A stretch of DNA of 64,000 bases from a virus: IMG/VR virus record IMGVR_UViG_3300027859_000890, positions 32,001 through 96,000 of that record. One strand, 5' to 3'. Numbering within the stretch: position 1 is the stretch's first letter; the number at the start of each line of letters is the position of its first letter. This document shows positions 18,535 through 27,969 of the stretch, piece after piece. Below the pieces are notes generated by a model. The model was given only the letters and a program-made list of their open reading frames with translations. It had not been told where the DNA came from and searched no databases. The position numbers and the translations under genes were made by a program.

Positions 18535-19222
18535 GACTGTTGTTGCAATTGGTTGTAGTCACACAGCTGGATCCGAAATAGACGGAGAATTTACCAGTGA
18601 TTACAATCGCCAAAACAGTTATGCAGGACAAATAGCAAAACATTTAGATTGTGATATTATAAACTTAGGTTTCAATGGCGGCAGTAATCAATATATTTGC
18701 AGAGCCGCAACACAATTTGTTACAGAAAATCATTACAAAATAAACGAATATTTTTTTGTTATAGGCTGGACCAGTCCATCTAGGATGGAACTACGTTATG
18801 ATGGCAGAAGCACACAAGAGTTTGATCCTACACCTCCGGGTATGGATCCAAAATATGTGCCATTTAGTTTAGGACAAAAAGACAATATAAAGTTACCTCT
18901 TGGCAAGGTTACACCTTATGCAGTTGATATATTCGAAACGTCAATGATGTTTGATCATTGGGCAATGTATATTATGAGTTTACAAAATTTATTTTTACAC
19001 TACAAAGTTCCATATATAATGTGTAATACTTGTGTGCCATTAGAATATACAAAAAACAGCAAAGCAACATCTGCACATATAGATAGGCGATATTATTATT
19101 TAGGTGATAATTTTTACGACTATAGCACTAGCAAGGCACATACATCATCCCAACATAATCATTTTGGGGAGCAGGCTCATATTGATTGGGCAAACAAATT
19201 AACAAAGGAGTTAAAACTATGA
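18527..19222 (+). CDS. SGNH-hydrolase-like protein
   Basis: AIGCSHTAG, GGSN, IGWTSPSRMELRY, H-F-G-E-Q-A-H; paralogue of 57906. Confidence 0.65.
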   Translation: MPKTVVAIGCSHTAGSEIDGEFTSDYNRQNSYAGQIAKHLDCDIINLGFNGGSNQYICRAATQFVTENHYKINEYFFVIGWTSPSRMELRYDGRSTQEFDPTPPGMDPKYVPFSLGQKDNIKLPLGKVTPYAVDIFETSMMFDHWAMYIMSLQNLFLHYKVPYIMCNTCVPLEYTKNSKATSAHIDRRYYYLGDNFYDYSTSKAHTSSQHNHFGEQAHIDWANKLTKELKL

Positions 19223-19905
19223 GCGAAGTTTGGGAAACATTAATCGAAATACAGGATAGACTAATTGATGCATTTGAAGAAACAGGAGTAGAAATACAAG
19301 AACCTGGAATGGATAGATTCAATCAGCCTGGTTGGATAAACAGAGTATGGCAAAGTGATAGTTATCGTAGAGCACACATTGATGTTGTAGACGCACGTGA
19401 GTCAAAAGGCTTATGGATGATGCATTGTTGTGTTTTTCCAAGACTTGATAACAATGGACCTATATTTGGATTAGATGTTATTGCTGGCAAAAGAAAGATT
19501 ACAGGATTTTTCCACGACTATAGTAGAACAATTGAACCTAACCACGCAATGATAAGTGCATTTGGAGAAGAAGTAGGCAAACTTGAATGGCGGAAAGAAC
19601 GTGAACTTCCTGAGTGGGCGCAAGCAATTTTTTCACCACATATGGTAGCGGCTGGTAATGTTAGCAAACGTGAAGAACTAGATCAGTTATTAGAGCTAAG
19701 TTTAGATAGTGTAGATGCATACCTTACTGATATTGGAAATTACAATAACGAAGCAGATTCAGATGAAGTTAAGGCAGCACAAAATCGCTATGCACATTAT
19801 CAAAAACAAAATCCACATACACCTAAAACAATGACCAGTTTAGGATTAGATGAAGAAGATGTGCGTGTGTTCGTACAAGAATGTTTATTCCCTGATATCG
19901 ACTAA
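19219..19905 (+). CDS. pcyX: Ferredoxin-dependent bilin reductase (PcyX/PcyA-like)
   Basis: RRAHIDVVD, WMMHCCVFP, PIFGLDVIAG, LPEWAQAIFS, QKQNPHT; next to heme oxygenase. Confidence 0.8.
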   Translation: MSEVWETLIEIQDRLIDAFEETGVEIQEPGMDRFNQPGWINRVWQSDSYRRAHIDVVDARESKGLWMMHCCVFPRLDNNGPIFGLDVIAGKRKITGFFHDYSRTIEPNHAMISAFGEEVGKLEWRKERELPEWAQAIFSPHMVAAGNVSKREELDQLLELSLDSVDAYLTDIGNYNNEADSDEVKAAQNRYAHYQKQNPHTPKTMTSLGLDEEDVRVFVQECLFPDID

Positions 19906-19926
19906 ATACTATATCAGGAGTTCAAA

Positions 19927-20997
19927 ATGCGTTATAAAGATATATTAGAGTATACAGATCTAAGTAAAGAAAAAGAACAAATTATATCAACTATATCTGG
20001 CTTATCTGCAGATAATCAAGACGAAGCAAATTTGCTAGATAGGATTTGGAAAATACTTAACAGTGGAACTATTTCACAGAATATTGACACAGCATTTGGT
20101 ATTCCGTTACAAGACGAAAATATGGGTGATAAAGAAAAACTTATTATTCGTCAAGATATGACTAAAATTTTCAGTACCATTGACAGTGACTACAAAACAA
20201 TGGATGCCTTGTTAAAAAGATTAGAAGCAGGAGGCATTGTAGATATTGCAGCTCTTTCTAAGCCAATGAATACTTTCAATGCAGTATTTGGTGACGAAGC
20301 TTCAGGTGCAGCATTTAGAAAATTAGCAGCATATGGCGTGGGTAAAAAACAAAAAGGTCCAGGAGAATACGGACTAGCCTGTTTGTCAAACAAAATTAGA
20401 CTAGCAGCAGGTGAAGGCGACTTAGAAATAGATGGTATTGGTAAAGTAGAACTCAAAGCAGCAATGAGTTCAAGTGGCGGACGTATTGGCTACGGTGGTG
20501 GCAGTCAAAAAGCTAAACGTGCAGTGCTACAAAAGTATGAACAAAAAATACCTTCAGTAATAGGTGCTATAGGAGCAAAAGGTGGTAGCCTTGGGCTAGG
20601 ACCTTTTATGGCAAACTTAAATCAGGATCTTCCTACAAACGTTCCAGAAAATCAACAAGTAAGAAAAGCACTAATGATTGATTTACTAGAAATGGATATG
20701 GAAGGTTATGCAGGACCTGTTGCAGATAAAATTGCAACTACTGAAGATACAATGCAAGTTGAACTTGCATACTTACAAGCAAACTTTGAATGGTATAAAA
20801 ACAGAGATGACTTTGATGCATTGTTGTTAATGAGTATACCTAATCAAAAAACCGCAATGTTAAAAAATGCAGCAGATTTACAAGCATTTAGACAGGGCGG
20901 ACACGCAGGCGGACTATCAATAAGTATTATACCAACGCAAGCTGGTGCCGGCAGAGAACAATGGGCACAACTAACATTGAATAAGGCGAAGATATAA
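19927..20997 (+). CDS. Probable virion-associated protein with a PD-(D/E)xK-like motif
   Basis: TAAATA promoter at 19903; N-terminal MRYKDILE; GPGE...GDLEIDGIGKVELK. Confidence 0.55.
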   Translation: MRYKDILEYTDLSKEKEQIISTISGLSADNQDEANLLDRIWKILNSGTISQNIDTAFGIPLQDENMGDKEKLIIRQDMTKIFSTIDSDYKTMDALLKRLEAGGIVDIAALSKPMNTFNAVFGDEASGAAFRKLAAYGVGKKQKGPGEYGLACLSNKIRLAAGEGDLEIDGIGKVELKAAMSSSGGRIGYGGGSQKAKRAVLQKYEQKIPSVIGAIGAKGGSLGLGPFMANLNQDLPTNVPENQQVRKALMIDLLEMDMEGYAGPVADKIATTEDTMQVELAYLQANFEWYKNRDDFDALLLMSIPNQKTAMLKNAADLQAFRQGGHAGGLSISIIPTQAGAGREQWAQLTLNKAKI

Positions 20998-21012
20998 TAC
21001 TACGGAGAATGG

Positions 21013-21480
21013 ATGAAACATTTATTACTAGTAGGGTTAATATTATTACCAACAATCGCAAACGCTGATCTTGTACACAAGTTCAGAAATCCAGCCTTTA
21101 ATGGCGGCGGTGGTTATAGTGCTCACGTTTTAGCATTAGAGCAACTACAAAAACAACGTAAAGAAGAAATGGAAAAAGAAGCAGAACGTCTTGCAGATGA
21201 ACTTGAACGTGAAGCAGATAACACAGTGCTTGCAAAATTTACCAGAAACTTAGAGTCACGTATCTATGCGACACTAAGTAAACAGCTAGTGGACAGTATG
21301 TTTGCAACTTGCGGTGACGGCACTGATCTTGAATGTGCAACAAGTGGCACAACTGAAATAGAAGGTGCAGAGATTGCTTGGACAAAAGATACAACCACAG
21401 GCAGCATAACACTTGTAGTTGACGGGCCAGATGGCTATACAGAAGTAACAATACCAGGACCAGGAGAATTTAACTTTTGA
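21013..21480 (+). CDS. csgF: Curli assembly protein CsgF
   Basis: Signal peptide then LVHKFRNPAFNG; FTRNLESRIYATLSKQL. Confidence 0.85.
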   Translation: MKHLLLVGLILLPTIANADLVHKFRNPAFNGGGGYSAHVLALEQLQKQRKEEMEKEAERLADELEREADNTVLAKFTRNLESRIYATLSKQLVDSMFATCGDGTDLECATSGTTEIEGAEIAWTKDTTTGSITLVVDGPDGYTEVTIPGPGEFNF

Positions 21481-22283
21481 AACATTTAGTAGCGATATTA
21501 TTAGCAGCCACTTTAGCAGGATGCAGTTGGATACCAAAAAACGTTCCAGATTCTATAAAAGCGCCTCCTAGAGTACAAGAGAATCCAGAAGTAAGAAGTT
21601 TGCATAAATTGCCAGCACTAAACGGTCCTAAGATGACCATAGGCGTTTATGGTTTTACAGATAAAACAGGACAACGTAAACCAGCAGACAATATGGCAAG
21701 CTTGAGCAGTGCAGTTACACAAGGCGCAGAAGTATGGGTAATTGATGCACTATTAGAAGCAGGTGGTGGTGAATGGTTTGAAGTTGTTGAACGCACAGGA
21801 ATGGACAACGTAATCAAAGAACGCCAACTAATTCGCAGCACTAGAGAAAACTATGAAAATGGTGTAGATAGAAATCTAGCACCTATGAAGTTTGCAGGAA
21901 TATTATTAGAAGGTGGTATTGTAGGATATGACAGCAATATTACCACAGGTGGTGCTGGAGCAAGATATATGAACATTGGTACAAGTACAGAGTACCGTGT
22001 AGACACAGTCACAGTCGCAATGCGTCTCGTAAGCGTTAGCACAGGTCGTGTGCTTATGAGCGTAGCAACACAAAAAACCATAGCTAGTTTTAGGCAAAGT
22101 GCAGATGCATTTCAATTCCTAGATATGGGCACCAAGGCATTGGAACTTGAAGCCGGTTACAGTGCAAATGAGCCAACTAATTACGCTGTAAGGGCAGTTA
22201 TTGACGCAGCAATCGTAGAATTAGTGTATGAAGGTGTAAGAAAAGGGCTTTGGAACTTCAAAGACGGTGAATTACAACCATAA
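21477..22283 (+). CDS. csgG: Curli secretion channel CsgG (lipoprotein)
   Basis: Lipobox LAGC, FTDKTGQRKP, SSAVTQG, VVER, EGGIVGYD, TGGAGARY, NEP. Confidence 0.93.
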   Translation: MKHLVAILLAATLAGCSWIPKNVPDSIKAPPRVQENPEVRSLHKLPALNGPKMTIGVYGFTDKTGQRKPADNMASLSSAVTQGAEVWVIDALLEAGGGEWFEVVERTGMDNVIKERQLIRSTRENYENGVDRNLAPMKFAGILLEGGIVGYDSNITTGGAGARYMNIGTSTEYRVDTVTVAMRLVSVSTGRVLMSVATQKTIASFRQSADAFQFLDMGTKALELEAGYSANEPTNYAVRAVIDAAIVELVYEGVRKGLWNFKDGELQP

Positions 22284-22300
22284 AGAAGAAAACTAAAAGG

Positions 22301-22328
22301 TAAATACCTGGACGACCGACGGGTTGTC
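22301..22328 (+). promoter_or_regulatory. Late promoter plus 5' hairpin of the curlin gene
   Basis: TAAATA 22301; GACGACC/GGTTGTC stem 22311-22328. Confidence 0.5.
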
Positions 22329-22351
22329 ATAAAATGAAATGAGGGCAAATA

Positions 22352-23107
22352 ATGAAAAGATCGATCATAACATTGGTCGCTTTCCTTTGGGCAACCGCGA
22401 GCGTTGCTAACGAAATCTATATAGATCAAGTTGGTGACAATTTAGACTTGACCATTTCTCAAACAGGAAGCGGCAACGAAGTAGGTGACTCAACAACCGA
22501 CCTAACTTTGGACGGTGCAAATATGACCTTCAGCATAACGCAAACAGGTGACAACAACAAAATTGACGCAGTCATTAAAGGCGCAACGTACACAGGTACT
22601 TGGGCATTTACTGGTGACGACAATACTGTTGATTTGAAATGTAGTAGCGCAAGCACAGGCAACTGTGATACTGTAACAGTTAACATTACAGTAGGTGCTA
22701 ATACCACTGGCGGCGCAGACGATAACGTATTCCAAATCTATATGGGAGAAGCATCTGGACAAGATGTAGACAATATGGTGGCAGCTTTCACAGTCGACGG
22801 TGATGGCAACGTTGTTGATGTAGCAAGCGGCAGTGGAGCAAGTGATATCACTGTTACAGTTGATAACACTGCAACTAATAGTACTGAGCAGTATACAGAT
22901 TCAAACACAAGTTTAGCAACAACAGCTGGTGGTAACTATGTTGACATCGACCAAACAGAAGGCGGTGTTGCAGGACACAGCATAGTATTAGACATTACCG
23001 GAGGTGGTGGACACTTTGACATTGATCAAGCCGGATTAAATGACAGCAAAATAAATGCTACATTTGACGGTGACGATGCAGATGTATCCATATCACAGAA
23101 CGACTAA
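22352..23107 (+). CDS. Curlin-repeat protein (major subunit-like)
   Basis: Signal peptide; repeated I-x-Q-x-G-x-x-N motifs; D/N/G/T-rich. Confidence 0.8.
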   Translation: MKRSIITLVAFLWATASVANEIYIDQVGDNLDLTISQTGSGNEVGDSTTDLTLDGANMTFSITQTGDNNKIDAVIKGATYTGTWAFTGDDNTVDLKCSSASTGNCDTVTVNITVGANTTGGADDNVFQIYMGEASGQDVDNMVAAFTVDGDGNVVDVASGSGASDITVTVDNTATNSTEQYTDSNTSLATTAGGNYVDIDQTEGGVAGHSIVLDITGGGGHFDIDQAGLNDSKINATFDGDDADVSISQND

Positions 23108-24210
23108 TGTTTAGGATATTGTTAGTTGCCTTGTTGGCAGCGAATACAGCTTGGGGCAGTGTAGGCGAAATTACTGCAAGCACTGGCCCAGGCCAAATCA
23201 AAAGACAATCAGAGAAATTTGATGGTAATGTAGGTACTGACCTCCAAATGCAGGACACCATTACTACTCAAAACGGTGCGTGGCAACTTGAGTTTATAGA
23301 TGAAACTCGTGTAGATGTAACCGAACATAGCCGTATGGTTATAGATGAATTTATATATGATCCTGAAACAAAAACAGGAGCATTGAGTATGAAAGCTACA
23401 CTAGGTGCTGTGCGTTACGCTAGTGGGCAAATAGCAAAGAATAGTAGACAACGTGTAAACATAAGAACTCCAAGTGCAACAATCAGTGTTCGTGGTACAG
23501 ACTTTATGATGATTGTAGACGAAGTAGGCGGTTCTATGATTACATTATTACCAAGTTGTGACAACACTGGTGCTTGTGTAGTAGGAGAGATTGCAGTTGA
23601 AAGCGAAGTGGGACAGGTTATTATGAATCAAGCATTTCAAACAACTGTTGTAGCAAATCCTTACAGCAAGCCTGCAAATCCGCTTGTTATAGACTTACCA
23701 GGTCACTTGCTTCGTGCAATGTTAATTGTACGTAAAAAGCAACCTTATGACGAAATATTAGAAACTGTACGACCACGTACAGACATATTAGAAGTTGACT
23801 TCTTAGCGTTTGACGAGTTAGATGATGATCCGCTTGTTGAAAGCATTAAACGTATATGGCTAACAGATTTGGATAATATGACATACTTGAAAGAAGTATG
23901 GACAGATGAAATGGAAGAACAGTTACGTGAAATCTTAGCAAAATGGATTAATGAACTGAATAGACAAGATACTGAAATATTTGTAAGTAAAACTATGGGT
24001 TTGGATCCAGACACTGGTATTGTTTATGAAGAATTTCCTCCAAAATTTATTATTGAAAGACGAGAACAAGACTTACACTTTTTTAGATTAACGCTAGATG
24101 ACGGGGAGGGTTACACTATTGATATGCACCAAGACTACTTCAGTGAGTTTGGCTATCGTGTTGGTATGGGCGGCTACAGCACTATTACCATCAATCAGCA
24201 AAGCCAATGA
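23107..24210 (+). CDS. Exported FecR-domain protein
   Basis: Signal peptide; DTITT, FIDETRV, G-x-VRYASG, IRTPSATISVRGTDF. Confidence 0.85.
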   Translation: MFRILLVALLAANTAWGSVGEITASTGPGQIKRQSEKFDGNVGTDLQMQDTITTQNGAWQLEFIDETRVDVTEHSRMVIDEFIYDPETKTGALSMKATLGAVRYASGQIAKNSRQRVNIRTPSATISVRGTDFMMIVDEVGGSMITLLPSCDNTGACVVGEIAVESEVGQVIMNQAFQTTVVANPYSKPANPLVIDLPGHLLRAMLIVRKKQPYDEILETVRPRTDILEVDFLAFDELDDDPLVESIKRIWLTDLDNMTYLKEVWTDEMEEQLREILAKWINELNRQDTEIFVSKTMGLDPDTGIVYEEFPPKFIIERREQDLHFFRLTLDDGEGYTIDMHQDYFSEFGYRVGMGGYSTITINQQSQ

Positions 24211-24964
24211 AATATACTTAGAGCAAGTTGGTAACGATGCAACTGTGACTATTATCCAAGAAGGAGCAGATAATTATGTTGGTCCTAAGGATGCTAATAG
24301 TACCTTTCACGGTGATGGAAATACTGTAATTGTAAAACAATGGGGAGAAGATCATTCTGCAAAAGCAAATGTAGATGGAGATAACAATTATTTAAAAGCA
24401 CTACAAGGTAATGGTTCTACTACAAACAATGAGTGTATTGGAGATATTGTAGGCGATGACAATAGAGCAGTTTGCACACAAGATAGAACAGATAATGGTA
24501 ATTCAGATACTCACGCATACGGTCATCATTATTCAAGTATTACTTTACTTGGCGATGATAATATTGTTAATACAATTCAACGTAACAACGTAAATGCTAC
24601 AGATGGACATAACGTAACAGTAGACATAGCTGGTGACAACGCAGATATAGATGTAAAACAAACAGCAGACTATGATAAGACTGCAAATGTAGATATAGAC
24701 GCAGACAATGTAACAGTAGACATATACCAGAATGGACACGGAGATCATAACGTAGATTTAACAGTAAGCAACGACAACAGTACGTTTGATATAGATCAAG
24801 GATACAATCCAGGAACTACAGGACACGATATAGACATTACAACATCAGGATCATACGCAAGCGATGTTACAGTGTCACAACAAAGCAACACTCCTAAATC
24901 TTATTCATTAACGCAAATCTGCACTAACCCTGCAGGTTGTTCAGTTTCTATATTACAACAATAA
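24098..24964 (+). CDS. Second curlin-repeat protein
   Basis: ANEIYLEQVGND and many Q-x-G-x-x-N/H repeats; overlaps FecR gene by 113 nt. Confidence 0.78.
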   Translation: MTGRVTLLICTKTTSVSLAIVLVWAATALLPSISKANEIYLEQVGNDATVTIIQEGADNYVGPKDANSTFHGDGNTVIVKQWGEDHSAKANVDGDNNYLKALQGNGSTTNNECIGDIVGDDNRAVCTQDRTDNGNSDTHAYGHHYSSITLLGDDNIVNTIQRNNVNATDGHNVTVDIAGDNADIDVKQTADYDKTANVDIDADNVTVDIYQNGHGDHNVDLTVSNDNSTFDIDQGYNPGTTGHDIDITTSGSYASDVTVSQQSNTPKSYSLTQICTNPAGCSVSILQQ

Positions 24965-24983
24965 ATACCGTTGGAGGGCAACA

Positions 24984-25334
24984 ATGGATTTTATTTGGGC
25001 TTTAGCACTTAGCAGCCATTTAGGTATGGCAGGTGACTATAATGAAATTCATCCGCACGTTAGATTTATAGAGGATGAATATATAGCAGGAGCATATCAC
25101 AACAGCGTTGATAACATTAGTTTATACGCTGGTAAACGTTTCGAAATGGGTAGTAGCATAGGTATTGAACTAGCTGCTGTAACAGGATACGAATTGGAAT
25201 ATCCTGTAACACCATATGTAAGAGGAACATATGATTTAGGTGATTTTCGCTTGTTTGTAGCACCATCTGGTGAACAAATTGACGGTGAAACGAATATTGG
25301 TGTAGTATTAGGCATAGAATTACGATTTAACTAG
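24984..25334 (+). CDS. Small putative outer-membrane beta-barrel protein
   Basis: Beta-strand pattern, AVTGY, C-terminal IELRFN. Confidence 0.5.
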   Translation: MDFIWALALSSHLGMAGDYNEIHPHVRFIEDEYIAGAYHNSVDNISLYAGKRFEMGSSIGIELAAVTGYELEYPVTPYVRGTYDLGDFRLFVAPSGEQIDGETNIGVVLGIELRFN

Positions 25335-25378
25335 TAGTTTTATAATCTCAATGATAAATACCATTGAGGGCTATTATT

Positions 25379-25777
25379 ATGAAATATTTTTTACTATTTG
25401 TCGTGCTGGCATTCCCAGCGATGGCAGACGTTAACGAGGGCTCAAAGTTATGTCTTGCAAAATATGGTTACACACAAGAAAATTTTGATACCTTTGACTG
25501 GGGCAAAGCGGCGGCTTGTGCCAGTAAACTAAGACTACAAAAATCAGCAGTGGATCTTGCAGAAATGCGTGACTTCCTGAAACACAATCCAAGATACAGA
25601 GTACCTGGGCAAAGCAACAATAAATGTTGGGGCAAGCCAAGAGAAATGCCTTTTGAAAGTGTAACAGCAAGTGCGAGTTCAGATGGCAGTTGGTATGTCG
25701 GTGTAAATTATAAAGACAAATTACCAGCAGGATGCTACGAAAACGGTCCGTGGGATAACCGCGATGCTAAAAAATAG
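25379..25777 (+). CDS. Secreted hypothetical protein (4 Cys)
   Basis: Signal peptide ending AMA. Confidence 0.65.
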   Translation: MKYFLLFVVLAFPAMADVNEGSKLCLAKYGYTQENFDTFDWGKAAACASKLRLQKSAVDLAEMRDFLKHNPRYRVPGQSNNKCWGKPREMPFESVTASASSDGSWYVGVNYKDKLPAGCYENGPWDNRDAKK

Positions 25778-25916
25778 TTTAGCAGTGCTATTTGTAATAT
25801 TTCTTGTGGTTTGTATTGTAATGTGGTACAAACCAAGTAGCGAGGAATATTGGCAAAGCATAGGACCTAGTTGGGACAAGATGTTGAATCCAAATAAATA
25901 CTCACAACAGGAGTAG
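25764..25916 (+). CDS. Small single-TM protein (50 aa, not in ORF track)
   Basis: MLKNSLAVLFVIFLVVCIVMWY...; fills the gap before the cyclase. Confidence 0.5.
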   Translation: MLKNSLAVLFVIFLVVCIVMWYKPSSEEYWQSIGPSWDKMLNPNKYSQQE

Positions 25917-25919
25917 TTT

Positions 25920-27965
25920 ATGAGGAAAATATTGTTTTCGCCGTTATGGAGCCTTTTGGTGTTAGGTGTCCTATCGTATTTGTTTTATCTAAATCCAGCA
26001 TTTATTGAAAGCATTAGATTAAGATACTTTGACCAGCTAATTGTAAACCAAGAACCAGTAGAAAATAATATATATGCAGTAAACATTGACGAAGCTACTA
26101 TAGACAAATACGGACAATGGCCTTTTCCAAGAGCCGACTACGGAGACTTAATTATAGACCTGTACAATCGTGGTGCAGGTTTAGTTGTTTTTAATGTCCT
26201 AATGAGCGAAACAGATCGCAGTGGAGAAGATGAAATACTTGCATTGACAATGCAGCAACTACCAGTTATAATTACAATGTTAGGTGCAGAGGAGAATAAA
26301 AATGAACCAATTAATCCAGGTGCTACTATCGTTAACAGCGATTACATTTATCTTATACCTAGTGTTCCGGGTATTATTGCAAACGTTCCGGATATCGAAA
26401 ATAACGCCGTTGGATCAGGCATCACGAACAGCTGGCCGGAAATCGACGGAGTTACTAGACGCATACCGTTGGTGGTAGAAAGTGGAGGCACATTATATCC
26501 AAATGTTACTATGGAAGTTCTGCGTGTCATAGCAGGAGACCCTAGTTTTCAAATAAAACTATCACCACTAGGCGTTGATAAATTACGAATACCACAATTT
26601 GGCACAATACAAACATCACCCACAGGCGAAGTATGGGTTGATTGGAGTCAAAAATTTAAGAATGTAAGTGCAGTAGATTTGCCAGATGACTTTGCTGGCG
26701 GCATAGTTTTTGTAGGACCTACAGCCGCTGGTGTAACACAACCGCTTGCAACAGCAACAGGCAGTGTGTTTCCTCATCAAATACAGGCAGCAATGCTTGG
26801 TACAGTTTTTAATGAATCAAATATAAGCAGACATCCTGATGCAGAACAGTGGGCTGAATTAGCAGCTCTTATCACAGCAGGTATATTGTTAATCGTACTC
26901 GCCCGTTGGACTTATGTAGGCATAGCCTTTTTTGTATTGTCCGTGGGCGGGTTTACAGGAGTTAGCATTTATGTTTTCAATACACAAAATATTCTTATTG
27001 ATGGTGCTACTATAAGTGCTTTTCTATTACTTGTTGGCTTACAAAGATACGTCCTTAAATTCATAGATGAGTTTTTACAAAAGCAAGCAATCAAAAAACA
27101 ATTTGAAGGATATGCATCACCAACTGTCGTTAAACTATTACAAGAGTCTCCAGAGCTTGTTAAACAAGGTATAAAGAAAGATGTAAGTATTGTTTTTTCA
27201 GACTTGCGTGGCTTTACACCATTAGGTGAATCATTTGGCGATGATGTGCAAGGGCTAACAAGAATAATGAATGGCTATATGGATGCAATAACAAAACCTG
27301 TGCTAGATGCAGATGGTATGATTATAAAGTATATAGGCGATGCTAGTATGCACATACACAATGCGCCAATAGATGATGTTAAACACGCACATACTGCCGT
27401 AGAAACAGGGCTAAATATGTTGCGAGCAGTAGAGGACTTCAATAAAAATGTTATTATACCAGAGGGACGGCCGGCAGTTGGTATGGGCGCTGGGATCAAT
27501 ACTGGTCTTGGCTACATTGGTGAAATGGGTAGCACTAAGCGTCATAGTTATGACGTCCTTGGAGATGCTGTCAGCACAGCGGCAAGAGTCGAAAGTAAAT
27601 GTAAAGAATATGGATGCCTCTTACTTGTTGGAGAAAACACATATGAAGCAACCAAAGATGATTTCTTCTACCTTAAAGTAGACGACTTACAAGTTAAAGG
27701 TAAATCAGTAGGATTAGGCATTTACACAGTTTTAGATCGTACTGTGCCTGCTTGGAAAGTACCGCAACGCAAACATCAACAAATGCACATAGCATACCAA
27801 GCACAAGATTTTGACGAAGCTATACGTTTGTGTAAAACAGTTTACACAAGTTTTGATCATAGAATGGAAAAATACTATGATATGTGGATTGAACGCTGTG
27901 AGTATATGAAAACACAAGATTTGCCTCAAGATTGGAATGGTGTATTCATAGCAACAAGTAAGTAA
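25920..27965 (+). CDS. CHASE2-domain class III adenylate cyclase
   Basis: IDE...GQWPFPR CHASE2 signature, three TM segments, FSDLRGFT, IKYIGDA, YDVLGDAVSTAARVE, VKGK. Confidence 0.93.
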   Translation: MRKILFSPLWSLLVLGVLSYLFYLNPAFIESIRLRYFDQLIVNQEPVENNIYAVNIDEATIDKYGQWPFPRADYGDLIIDLYNRGAGLVVFNVLMSETDRSGEDEILALTMQQLPVIITMLGAEENKNEPINPGATIVNSDYIYLIPSVPGIIANVPDIENNAVGSGITNSWPEIDGVTRRIPLVVESGGTLYPNVTMEVLRVIAGDPSFQIKLSPLGVDKLRIPQFGTIQTSPTGEVWVDWSQKFKNVSAVDLPDDFAGGIVFVGPTAAGVTQPLATATGSVFPHQIQAAMLGTVFNESNISRHPDAEQWAELAALITAGILLIVLARWTYVGIAFFVLSVGGFTGVSIYVFNTQNILIDGATISAFLLLVGLQRYVLKFIDEFLQKQAIKKQFEGYASPTVVKLLQESPELVKQGIKKDVSIVFSDLRGFTPLGESFGDDVQGLTRIMNGYMDAITKPVLDADGMIIKYIGDASMHIHNAPIDDVKHAHTAVETGLNMLRAVEDFNKNVIIPEGRPAVGMGAGINTGLGYIGEMGSTKRHSYDVLGDAVSTAARVESKCKEYGCLLLVGENTYEATKDDFFYLKVDDLQVKGKSVGLGIYTVLDRTVPAWKVPQRKHQQMHIAYQAQDFDEAIRLCKTVYTSFDHRMEKYYDMWIERCEYMKTQDLPQDWNGVFIATSK

Positions 27966-27969
27966 TGTT

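Noticed and set aside
18001-19905. Cyanophage identity based on ho1 plus bilin reductase
   Set aside because: No psbA, hli or cpeT genes are in the window, and the other host-derived genes look alphaproteobacterial.
27560-27600. Cyclase inactivated by Asn-to-Ser in GDAVSTAAR
   Set aside because: The metal Asps, substrate Lys/Asp and catalytic Arg are retained, so inactivity cannot be inferred from this change alone.
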